NCBI RefSeq assembly: GCF_009834535.1
Contig: NC_045697.1
Span: 40,488,001 to 40,552,000, forward strand
From: Camelus ferus
Lineage: Eukaryota
Length of the DNA: 64,000 bases
Reading direction: 5' to 3'
The notes under the pieces are model-generated. The model worked only from the letters and a program-made list of their open reading frames with translations. It did not search any database and was not told the origin of the DNA. A program made the translations under genes and the position numbers. Shown here one piece after another: positions 13,606 through 25,210 of this stretch (the first letter of the stretch is position 1; the number at the start of each line of letters is the position of its first letter).

Positions 13606-14084
13606 TCAGTCATAAAAAAGAATGAAATACTGCCATTTGCAGCAACATGAATGAACCTAGAGATTATCATATTGAGTGAAGTAAGTCAGAAAGGGAAAGA
13701 CAAATATTATATGATATCACTTATATGTGAAATCTTAAAAAATAATAAAAATCCTATTTACAAACCAAAAACAGATTCCTGGACATAAAAAACAAACCAT
13801 GGTTACAAAGGGGGAAAGGACGGGGAGGAATAAATTAAGGGCTGGGATTAAAGATACACATTACTATATATAAAATAGATAAACAACAAGGACTCACTGT
13901 ATAGCACAGGGAACTTATTCAATTTCTTGTAATAACATATAATGGAAAAGAATTTGAAAAGAAATAATCCATATGGAAGTATATGTATAACTGAATCCCT
14001 TTGCTGTACACCTGAAACTAACATTGTAAATCAACTACATTTCAATAGCTTTCTTAAATGGCAGAGCTAAAATTAAAAAAAAAT
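11416..14084 (+). mobile_element. 5'-truncated L1 (ORF2 RT to 3'UTR, decayed)
   Basis: ORF fragments [27 protein letters not shown] at ~12010, C-terminal region, 3'UTR and A-rich tail; (TA)n at ~13572-13603. Confidence 0.95.
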
Positions 14085-14635
14085 TTCATAACCAAAAGTA
14101 TTTTTTGATCTTAAATTTACAAGTAAGTTATCAGGATGAAATCTACTACAACAATAAAAAATGTAACAATTCCATTTACTGTTACAGAGCTTATGGAAGA
14201 TCTAATGACTTATCTTTTTACAACATAGCTATGGATGTAAGTAGCCGTAATACAGGCAAAAATGCTCCCTTTGCTTATATAATACTTTTCTCATGAAAAA
14301 GTGTTACTTTAAGGCTGTTGTGAGTAAAATCTCTTCCAAATGAGACTTCAGAAATGTTCTTTATTGTGGAAGGAGTTAATGAGAAAAAGTGTACTGCTTC
14401 TGTGGCAATAATATGAACACAAATTTTGGTAGATGTTTTCATGAGTGTCAACAATATTTATTCAAAGTTAAAGCAAACATGAATGAAAGGTGTTGGCTGT
14501 CCTGCCATATTCTGCATAATGCTGCTCAAACAGCATCTAATGTCCTTTCTATTGACACTGAAGTCGTTGTCATGAAATTTTTCTCCTACTTCAGCATTTA
14601 TACTGTTCAAATTGAGCAATTAAAAGATTTTTGTG

Positions 14636-16625
14636 GGAACTGTCAGAAAGAGATATTAAGAAATCAATCCCACTTACAATTGCATTGGAAAGAATAAAAT
14701 AACCTAGAAATAAATTTAACCAAGGAAGTAAAAGACCTGTATGCTGAAAACTATAAGATATTAATAAAAGAAACTGAAGAAGACACAAATAAATGGAAAA
14801 ATGTTCTATGCTCATGGCTTGGGAGAATTAATATTGTTAAAATGTCCATACCGCCCAAAGAAATCTACAGATTCAATGTAATCTCTATCAAAATTTGAAT
14901 AGCATTTTTCACAGAAGTAGAACAAAGAATATTAAAATTTAGAACAACAAAAGACCCCAAACAGCCAAAGCCATCTTGAGAAAGAAGAACAAAGCTTGAG
15001 GCATCACATTCTCTGATTTCAAACTCTATCACAAAGCTACTGTAATCAAAACAGTATGGCATTGGCATTAAAAACAGACGCATAGATCTATGGAACAGAG
15101 AGCAAGCTCAGAAATAAACTCATTCACATAAGTCAATTAATTTACAACAAGGGAACCAAAAATATACAATGAGGAAAGGACAGTCTCTTCCATAAATGGT
15201 ATTGGGAAAATTGGACAGCCACATGGGAAAGAATGAAACTGGACCACTATCGTATACTATACACAAAAATTAACTCAAAATGGATTGAATACATGAATGT
15301 AAAAACTGAAGCCATAAAACTCTTAGAAGAAAATATAGATAGTAAACTCCATGACATCAGTGTTGGTGATTATTTTTTTAATCTGACAACAACAGCAAAG
15401 GCAAGAAAAGTAAAAATAAACAAGAGAAATTAGACCAAACTAAAAAGCTTTGGTACAGTAAAGGAAACCAACAATGAACTGAAAAGGTAACTACTGAATG
15501 GTAGAAAACATTTGCAAATCATATATCTTACAAGGGTTAATATTGAAATATTATAAAGAACTCATATAACTCAATAGCAAAAACAAAAAATGAAAAACAA
15601 AACAAAACAAAAACAAGCAGTCTGATTTTTAGATGGGCAGAAGATCTGAATACACTTTTTTCCAAAGAGGACATACCAATGGCCAATAGGTACATGAAAA
15701 GTTGCTCAGCATCACTAATCATCAGAGAAATGCAAATCACAACCACATAACATATCACCTCACAACTGTTAGAATGGCTTTTATCAAAAAGACAGGAAAT
15801 AACAAATGTTGGCAAGGATGTGGAGAAAAAGGAACACTTATGCATTATTGGTGAAAATGTAGTCGCAAGGAGAGGCGAGCTCGTGGTCCTACCACTCCAC
15901 CATCTTGACTGGAAACCTGTTGGTGAAAATGTAAATTGGTGCAACCACTACAGAAAATAGTATGAAAGTTCCTCAAAAAAGTTAAAAGTAAAACTTTACA
16001 TACGATTTTGGATCATATGACCCAACAATTTCACTTCTGGGTATTTATTCAAAGAAAATGAAAATACTAACTCGAAAAATGTAAATACTCAGCATTCCTA
16101 TGTTCATTGCAGCATTATATTTAGCTAAGATATGGAAAAAACCTATGTGTCCAAGTTTTATATATACATATATATATGTATGTGTATATATATATATATA
16201 TACACACACACACGTACACACACACACACACACACACACATTGAAGTACTATTCAGCCACAAGAAAGAAGGAAAGTTTGCCATTTGCAACAAAATGGATG
16301 GACCCTGAGGGTATCATGCTAAGTGAAATAAGTCAGAAAAAGACAAATACCAAATGATCTCATTAATATGTGGAATTAAAACAACAACAACAACAACAAA
16401 AACAAACAAATAAAACCAAGCTCATGGATATAGAGAATAGATAGGTGGTTTCCAGGGGTGAGGAGTGGGAGGTAGGTGAAACTGGAGAAGAGGGTCAGAA
16501 GGTACAAACTTCCAGTCATAAAAGAAATAGGTCATGGGGATATAATGTTCAGCATGGTGACTATAGTTAATGATACTGTTTTGCATATTTGAAAGCAGCT
16601 AAAAGAGTAGATCTTAAAATTTTTC
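14636..16625 (+). mobile_element. 5'-truncated older L1 (L1MA-like), decayed
   Basis: ORF2 3' half and 3'UTR ggtacaaacttccagtcataa...gagtagatcttaaa. The inserted block is bounded by agatttttgtg at 14625-14635 and 17109-17119. Confidence 0.9.
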
Positions 16626-18814
16626 ATTTTGAAAAATGTGCACAATGATATTCATTGCTGTTTGTTATATTAGCAAGAAATGTAAACAATCTAAATGTGC
16701 ATCAGTAGGGGACTAGATAAGTAAAGAATGATATATTTATATTATGGAATAACTATACTGGAAAAACTATATAGCAGTAAAAAAAGGAATGAACTATAAC
16801 TCTGCATATCAACATGGATAGATCTAAAATAAGTGGTTGGGGAAAAAAAGCAACTAGCAGCCACTGAGCCATTTTCTATTCTTATAGTTTTGCCTTATCC
16901 AAACTGATGTATGAATGAAATCATACAGTATGCGGTCTTTTGAGTTTGACTTCTTTCACCTAGCTTAATGCACCTGAGATTCATTCATATTGTTGCAGAT
17001 ATCAATATTTCCTTCTAATTGTTCAAAGACTTTTCCTAATTTTTTATTGAGCTGTTATGTATGTAACATTGCTCTAAAAAAATAAAATAGTTAGGAAGTT
17101 TTTAAATGAGATTTTTGTGATATTGTTGGCATTCAGCAGTCTTCAATTTTCCTGCATCCACAACCCACTGGCTCTCTTGAACACTCATTTGAGAACATAC
17201 TCAGTTTATCTGAAGCACTTAAATCATACTTTAATTCTGAAGAATGAGTTCTCAAAAATTTTGGTTGGCTTTTAAAATAATCCATTGAGTGAAGCATACT
17301 TATTTGTTGAGCATACTTTTCAATATCTCTTTAATAATAGGATTATGCAAATTGAAAGAGGAGCAAACAGTGTCACTGAAGTATTCCAATCCTTAAAGGA
17401 AATTGTGGAATGTGTTAAAGAAAGAATTACAGAAAAATTGATCTCTTTAAGTGTCAAGACTGTTCTTAAAAAGGATATTATATTACTCATGAACATGAAA
17501 AGAAATTCTGACTTGAAATGGATAATTATCATGGCACTTGTCATGACTATTTTGTGAAATGATTTCATCCCCTGAAGAGTTTAATTTTTTAATATGGATA
17601 TTTCTAAATATTCTTGGAATGGGAACAAGTGGAATCACCATGTGCAATGTTGAAGGAAGGAATAAACTGACAACAATGCTTTTGTCAGTGGACAGTATTT
17701 TTTAAAAAAATCACTGATCAAAAGATGAAATATAGTTCTGAAGAATGGAAAAGTATATTATGCACTGAAAGATGGTATTATGTACTCCAATAAGTCAAAT
17801 TTGAAGAGTGATTCTTAGAGTTTACACGAGTACATACTAGCTCATATACTAATATTGAGTGTGTTTTTTCATGAGTAAATGTTCAGTGGACAAAAGAAGA
17901 GACAAACGAACTAGATGTGACCCCTGCAGAAGCTCTGTCACAGTGTAAATTAAACATTGTAACTGCAAGGCAAGATTTTATAAGTAAATCCTGTAAAAGT
18001 AAATAACTGTTAACAACATAAGGGAGATATAATTTTTTGAAAGAGGTATGTAATTTAAATTTTTTATAATTTATTTCAGATAAACAACAAATACTTCAGT
18101 ATGTCCCATGCAATACTTTCCTTTTATTGCAATGTACATAAGTGTAGTTAATTAGAAATCACTCAAATTTAACTGGGCATTCTGTATTTTCATTTTCTAA
18201 ATCTGGTTACCCTAGATTGGATTCTATCAGCAGATGTAAAGCTGCTCTCCAGGTGGTCATTTTGTCCTTTTTTTTCATTGCAGGAGAGACAATCATATAT
18301 TTGAAGAGAGTCAATGCTCTCGCACTCTGGTACAAACATCCATTAGCCTTACTGGGCTGCAGGGGATCTCATATCCCACCACTTCTCAGACCAGTTCTGT
18401 GGAGGAAGACGAACTAGGACTAGGCTAGGGAAGTGTTTAGACAGAGCTGCTACAACTGAAGCTTCTCTGAATCTGAGCAGCTACTCCAGGCTGTGACAGA
18501 ACTCTTCTAAGATTAGTTGAACATCTTTGGCTACCAATCATTTGGTCAGCAAATTTGTAGTGAAAGGCATCGGTCTAGATTCCATGAAGGACACAGGTAA
18601 TTTGTCATTAAAGAAGCTCCATTCTTTGAACCATCAGTGGCATTTCTGTTCATTATCTATTATGTGACAGAATTTAAAGGTCTTACCTATAGTATCTTTT
18701 TATTTTAGTTACATATTATTTATATATAAACCTTGTTGCATATATTAACATAAATATATTCATAAATCATCCTGCTTTTAATCAAGACAATCCCTTGATA
18801 TGCAATAACTTTGA

Positions 18815-19461
18815 TAGTCAATCCTGATTATGCAAAGATTCCATATTTGCTAATTCGCCAAACTCCTAACATTTATTTGTAACTCCAAATATATATTTAC
18901 TGTCATTTCACGGTCAGTCAAGGATATGCATATGCAGAGAGTAGCAAAAAAATTGAGTTGTCTTATGTGCAAGTCCCTAGCTGAAGTCAAGCAAGGTAGC
19001 ACTTAAACTTCGGTTTCAGCTTTCACACTGTAAACATGTCATTTTTTAGTCTATTTTTGTATTTTGTGCATTTTGTTAGTGATTTTGCTGTTTAAAGTGG
19101 CCCCAAGCATAGTGCTGAAGTGCTGTCTAGTGTTCCAGAGTGCAGGAAGGCTGTGATGTGTCATATGGAGAACATACATGTTAGATGACCTTCATTAAGG
19201 CATGAGTTATGGTGCTGTTGGCTGCGAGTTCAATGTCAATCAATAAACAATATATATATATGTATTAATAAGGTGTCTTTAAACAGAAACACACACAAAA
19301 CAAAGTTATGTATTGATCAGTGGATGAAAAATGTTGGGACCAGAGGCTCACAGGAACCTAACCCTGTATTTCCCCTAGGAGCAATGGTTCAGTATTCACT
19401 AATTGACTGTTCAAGGCAACTAAGTAGATCATAACTACCTTAATAACAAAACTCGTCTGTG
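18815..19461 (+). mobile_element. MER82-like TcMar-Tigger element inserted in a hAT-Charlie relic (ending ~19634)
   Basis: Diagnostic stretches ccccaagcatagtgctgaagtgctgtctagtgttcc and gaccagaggctcacaggaacctaaccctgtatttcccctagg; Charlie-like terminus gcagttggaaaacactg. Confidence 0.75.
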
Positions 19462-20221
19462 TTTATGTGTTTATACCAGAAACAATTTTCATAAAATATA
19501 ATATTTATCCTATTTGTGATATACTTTGATAGTCTCTCTTATATTTCTTTTATAGTGTTGTTTATCATGGTTTCAAAGCCCTGAACTGATTTATGACTCA
19601 CTGATAGGTCATGATGGGCAGTTGGAAAACACTGCTCCAGCCCAAAGAAGTAAAAACAGTTTATCTCAGATTAGTAAATAAAGTCATTATTCAAAGTTCA
19701 TGGGAAAGATAATAGGTCAAGTTAAATGACTGCATTCTTAAGACATTTGAAGATTGGTAGCGGTACCTTCTTAGGTTTTCATTATTTTTCATCCTTTTAG
19801 ATGCCATGTTAGTTTCTATTTTCCCATTGATTATGTAGCAGTGGTTGAATGTAAGAACCATTTAATTTGTGGCCATTATTTCTTTCTGAGATTTGAGGGA
19901 GTTCATAACTTTCTGTCAACAAAGCAGTAAAGAAAAAGTTGGTTTGTGATCAAGTTTCAGGCATAGGGTCAGCAACTTTTCACAGATGAAAAAGGATAGT
20001 TATTTCTTGCATGCTAAACAAGATTACCTGTTATAACTTTTCAGCAAATATTTGGTTGAATAGTTCTGTGTGGACTATTGGTTTGAAGGGGCAAGATTGC
20101 TCAGGCTTTGTTCTGCTGGGTTATTGGCACCAGTGGGGGATTCAGTTCAAATTATTCTGTTCTGCTACAGTAAAGGAAGAATTTCCATCATGATTATTAA
20201 TTGGTTGTTAGAAACATAGCA

Positions 20222-20575
20222 GTCAGGGGAGGGTAGACTATGCTGCCAAAATAAATAAACCCCACATTTTCTGGGGCTTCGAGCAATGGAGCCTTCGTGT
20301 TGCTTGTGCCACAATTCAAAGTAGCTCTCCTGTGGGTAGCGACTCAGGAACCCAGGCTGTTACCATCTTACTTTTCTACCATCACGAAGCTTCCAGGTCA
20401 CCTGGTATTACCTATCTGAAGATGGGGAAGGGAAGAAGTATTAAAAAAAACAAAACTATGCTGGATATTTTAGGAATCAGGCCTGTAAGTGGATCTTTAC
20501 TTTCATCCACATTCCACTGGCCAGAACCCAGTCACAGAGCCAAACCATTTCCAAGAGAAGCAAGGAAAGACAGAG
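20222..20575 (-). mobile_element. Old MLT1 (J/K-like) LTR
   Basis: cacattccactggccagaacccagtcaca and ggaacccaggctg motifs. Confidence 0.6.
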
Positions 20576-21049
20576 AACATTCAGATATGAAGAGCACTGA
20601 CAGTCTCTGGCAGACAGAGAAGGTTTTCCATGTTGGTCCTCATGTTTGTGCAGGGGACCCGTGTTCTGGTTGATTAGATGTGGCTGAGAACTCTTTTTAA
20701 ACAGCTCTGAAGCACTGCTTAACTCTCCATCCATGGTTGTTATTAATAACTATTATGGTTATTGTCTTAATAAAAATCTTTGAGGCCCTCCCTAAGACAT
20801 TTTTTTTTCATGTTTAATTTTTATTTTTCTGAAATTGTAACTATGAATTTTTTCCTTAGGTAATGCAGTGTAACTTTTGCCATCGACCCAAAAGTTCACT
20901 GCATTGCTAAGATTTTATTTCTTCTTGGTCCACTGTCCTTTTATTTATTTTATTTATTTAATTTTCCTAAGGCAGCTTTAAAGACAGGATTAAGAAGGAG
21001 GCAGTCCCACAATGTGGATTTCTCCTGCATACATCTTATAACACCTCAA

Positions 21050-21256
21050 ATTAGCACTTTTCATAACATGGTTCTTAGAGAATTTGAATCTGAATCACTT
21101 TGATTCAAATTATTAAATCGAAATTTGTTTAAAATATAGATTTCAAGGAGCCACCTCTGATCTACTGAATCAGAATCAATATGCGTGGGGCTCAGAAATC
21201 TGCATTTTAAGATGCTTCTTCGATTATTCTGGTGTTTACTAATATTTGAGAACCAG
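21050..21256. mobile_element. MER5-like hAT-Charlie MITE
   Basis: ctactgaatcagaatc...aatctgcattttaa...tttgagaacca. Confidence 0.65.
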
Positions 21257-22679
21257 GGCCAACAAGAAAACTGAAGTATCTTTCACTTGAAAGCTGAGTC
21301 TGCCTGTGATTACAAAATAAGCTCAGATCTAAGAGCCAATTTCAATCTTCTTTTCTAAATGAGAAAAGCCAAGGATAGAAAATTCTAGGATTTAAATTGT
21401 CATACTGTTGGCTGAAACAGATGATGACAGAGCCCAGATGATCAAGGCCAGAAAAGGAAGAAAGCAGGACAGGCTTAACTTGGACAGCAAAATTCCTCAA
21501 AACTTTATTTTTGGTGTGTATGTGTTGTGTGTGTGTGTGTGTGTGTATAAACCTCATCTCTACAACCTCCTTTCCCATTACGTTTTCTAACTCAGCAGTT
21601 CCCTGCCCTTCTAAGTGCTTATCGAACAAAAGCCACCTGCCTACCTAGCCCTTTTGCTAATATTAAAGGCTGTAATAACATCTTCATCACAGGGCCGCTC
21701 TGAGGGTTCAACAAGATAATGTGTGTGAAGTGTTTCACTCAGTCCCTGACACCCAGAAGGCCAAATCAATGCCAGCAATTATCAAAATCTAACACAACCA
21801 CTGACAGATCAATGGCATTTCTGGGCTCTAAAAGGAATCCCACAGGGGGCCAGGAAATTGAAAGCCCTGATATGTCATTACCCAAGGAAGGCTTGTGAAT
21901 GGGTGATATAGGTGTCCCCAGTGGGTACATCATGGCATCCAGCAGGAAATGAGCTGGGAATGCCAGGCCACCCAAGCACACCCTGTCCTGTGGAGTACTG
22001 CCAGGGCAAATGATACATAGCCCAACTCCACCACTGCTACCACCCAACACACCCACCCAGAGAAAGTTTTAAGCCAAATGTAAATCAGCGGATAACTTGC
22101 CTACATTTGCCTCTTATAGACAAGGCCTTGGAGTCTCCTCAAACAACAAACCACCCATCAGTTCAGAAAATGACAGGGTTCAATTTGAATGGGTCTATCT
22201 GCCCCCTCACAGGGATGTGGTCAGGAAGAAAGAGAGAGGACAGAGAGAGAAGAGGGGAGTGGTGGTGGCTAAAATGCCCAAGGCCACAGGAAGAATCATG
22301 CTATGAAGTTTTGCACAAGCTATTATGAATTTAAGTAAGCAAAGGCTAACTAAGACAACTTCTCCTTTAATTTTTCGTATGTAACATCTGAGCAAAGCTA
22401 AAAAGAGGGCTGTTTGTTAGTATGAAAAGAAAGATTCTCCCACAAATATCAATGGAATGGTCACAGGAAAGGGAAAATAGCATGCTGTGTAGATCACAAC
22501 CCCCATTAATGGATCATAAAATCAATTATAGTGCATTTTTAATGAAAGGATAGAATAGGGCATCACACATAGGATACTTGAAAAAAATTGTTTCCATCTT
22601 TATGTGTCTTTAGGTTACAACGTAATATTTTTGCAATGGATTGTAGTGGGAAAAGTTTTAAAATGTGTAGCAGAAACCT

Positions 22680-22875
22680 AACTGCTCTAGATTCACAGGG
22701 AGTTTGAATCCAGGCTCCATCACTTGCTAATTTTATGACTTATGACAAGCTTCAATTTCTTCAGTTGTAAAATGAGAATAATACCTACAAGAATTCTTGG
22801 GAAGCAAAATGAGATCATGTATATAAACTTCTTTAGCACAGTGTCTGTCACAAACTTGTCACCTAATAAATGTCT
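22680..22875 (+). mobile_element. MIR SINE relic
   Basis: gagtttgaatccaggctccatcacttgcta...tgtaaaatgagaataatacct. Confidence 0.7.
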
Positions 22876-23187
22876 TTTTTTTTTTCCACTTAAGGTATTA
22901 CGTATATAAATAGATTCAGGCATCGCAGCAAGAGTCATTTAATTTCGCTTGGCCTCTGTTTCTTCATTCTGAAATAAAAGAGCTAAACTGGGTGAACTAG
23001 TGCCTTGCCTGCTCTACAACTGTCTGATTTAATTCAAGTGGTCATTCTATTATCACATGAGAGAGATTCTCTTTGAAATTACTGCAAATCCCAAGTGACA
23101 AATAGATTTTTTATTTAAACTTTTAGTTTTGAAATAACTGTAGATTCATATGCAGTTGTAAGAAATAAAACAGCAATCTTGTCTACC

Positions 23188-23998
23188 TGTAATAATAAGA
23201 AATAATATATGGTCTTTGTCTCCAATTCTTGGCGCACAGCTCCTAAAGCCTTTGGAATCTTCCCAGTGCTACGGGTGTCTTTTGTATGCTAATGAGATGG
23301 CTGGGGGCTGGGGGCTCCTACATAGCTTCTGAATGGGTCCTGGTCACCAGAAAGATCAAGGCATGATTAGAAGGCTGGAACTTTCAGCTGTGCCCTCTGA
23401 CCTCAAAGGAGGGGAGAGGACCTGACGATTGAGTTAATCATCATGGCTAATGATGTGATCAATCAAGCCTACATAATGGGACATCCATAAATACCACTAA
23501 ATGGCAGGGTTCAGAGAGGTTCCAAGGTTAGTGAAAAAATACAAAGTCCTGGGAGGGTCAGGTGCCCAGAAAGGGCATGGAAGTTCCCTTCACCCCACCT
23601 TGCCCTATGCATTTCTTCCATTTGGCTGTTTCTGAGTTCGATCTGTATAATAAACCAGTAAATATGGTGCCTTCCTAAGTTCTGTGAGCAGTTCTAGCAA
23701 ATTATCAAACCTGAGGAGGGGGTCGTGGGAGGCCCTGGTTTAGAGTTGGTCAGCCAGATGTATGGGAGGCCGGGGACTTGAGATTGGCTTCTGAAGTGGA
23801 GGCAGTCTTATGAAACTGAGCCCTTAACTTGTGGGATCTGACACTAACCTCAGGTAGTGGTGTCAGAAATGAATTGAATTGCAGATATGTAGCTGGTGTA
23901 GGAGAATTGATTCATGTAGGGAAAAACCCCATATATTTGGTAGCAGATGACAAGAAGCCCCATATATTTGGTAGCAGATGGTAAGAATAGCTTTGGAG
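23188..23998 (+). mobile_element. MER21-like ERVL solo LTR inserted in a minus-strand L1MB 3' end (~23110-24110)
   Basis: tgtaataataagaaataatatatggtctttgtc...cagctcctaaagcc...ggtcaccagaaagatcaaggcatgattagaagg. Flanked by tacc/tacc; L1MB sequence resumes on both sides. Confidence 0.8.
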
Positions 23999-24919
23999 TA
24001 CCCTTCACCCAGTTTTCCCCAATGCTAATATCTTACAGAACCGTAATACAGTATCTCAACCAGGATGTGGACTTTGATACAATGGTTGATCTTACTCACG
24101 TTTAGGTTTCTTTGTAGGTGCCAACTGTGGTTGACTAAAACTGCCTAGAGTGCAAGCTTGGAGGCTGCTTTGAGTCCTGATTTAGAGGAAATGGATGTTT
24201 CTCACACTTAGCAAGGTCCACCGAAGATTGAGAGAGTGGTGACAAGACTGCTACAAACATGATGACTCTGCAGTAAGTGAACAAAATATTTAAATTAAAC
24301 ATTTAGAGCTGGTGATTAGTGAAGCATACTTTCTTTGTTTTTATATATTATAAATGTTTTAACATACCCAGATCCAAAGAAAGGGTAAAAAGTCATCTCT
24401 TCATCAGGAAATTATGAGTCATTCCAATGCATTTTTAGGTAGATAACCTATTCTCAGCAGAGACAGCAAGTCTTCATACAGTCAACCATAAAGTTATTCT
24501 TTGAGTATCTTTGCATAACTGAACTATTTTCATATTGAGTGCCTGAATTATTGCTTTATGCTAAAGGACAAAGACAACCTTCAATGGGACCATGTATCTA
24601 CTTTTTTTCTGACAACTCTGCATGAATTCATAAGATTCATCAACTTAATTGAAAGACAAATGAAAGAATTTGGACAGAACAATCAATTTAAATGAATTTT
24701 TTTCAAAGTCTTTTAAAAGTAGGTTTAACTATGAGCTAAGAGGCTATAGGAACTGTGGTTTTCAGAAAATGTAAATCTGATATTGGGCTTTGTCACAGCA
24801 AATAGACTGAGGAGCTGCTTTTGAATATCTGAGATTTATTGTTAAGAAAGGCATTTCCATATAGTGGAAATGGAGCATGACTGGTTATTTTTGTCTTTTG
24901 GCTCAGCAATTGGGTGTCT

Positions 24920-25210
24920 TAGGTTAAAAGAACTGTCCATATAAAGCACTTAATACCATGCCTGCCATATAGTAAGTATGAGACAAATGTTAGCTGCTAT
25001 GACAATGATGATAATGATTCTTAGCTTTGTAAATTTTTAGTAAACCATTTAACCTTTCTGAACCTCAGTCATCTCATTTGCAGAAGTGAGGTGGGCTGAA
25101 TAATAATAAGGCCTTTTATGCCTACTTCAAAGAGTTGCTGTAAGAATCAAACAAGATTATGTTATTGAAAATACTTTGTAAACAGAAAAGAACTATAGGT
25201 GTATTAGCTA
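24920..25210. mobile_element. MIR fragments
   Basis: taaagcacttaataccatgcctg and aacctttctgaacctcagtcatctcatttg. Confidence 0.6.

Larger units (their letters stand above)
11083..18030 (+). pseudogene. Decayed hAT transposase (pieces ~11083-11415, 14091-14635, 17109-18030)
   Basis: Translated motifs: [22 protein letters not shown]...LPNETS; FCGNNMNTNFG; GCPAHILHNAAQ-like; YFSIYTV..EQLKDFC; WLSL; NIECVFS..VQWTKE (hAT dimerisation-like). Many stops and frameshifts. Confidence 0.8.
10188..18213 (+). mobile_element. Ancient hAT DNA transposon (Blackjack-like clade), interrupted by an LTR and two L1 insertions; left end tentative
   Basis: Transposase remnants in three collinear pieces. Right end ...ctaaatctggttaccct is MER53-like. 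Putative left end ggggttgtgaga. Degenerate flanking direct repeat agttgggat/agattggat. Confidence 0.6.

Noticed and set aside
14050..14084. Short non-L1 stretch before the A tail of the 11.4-14.1 kb L1 as a transduction
   Set aside because: Only ~25 nt and no convincing TSD (accaa at most); cannot be distinguished from tail decay.
17285..17557. 90-aa ORF (and 14389-14697) as a domesticated transposase gene
   Set aside because: These are fragments of a hAT transposase with many stops, frameshifts and two L1 insertions; no intact frame.
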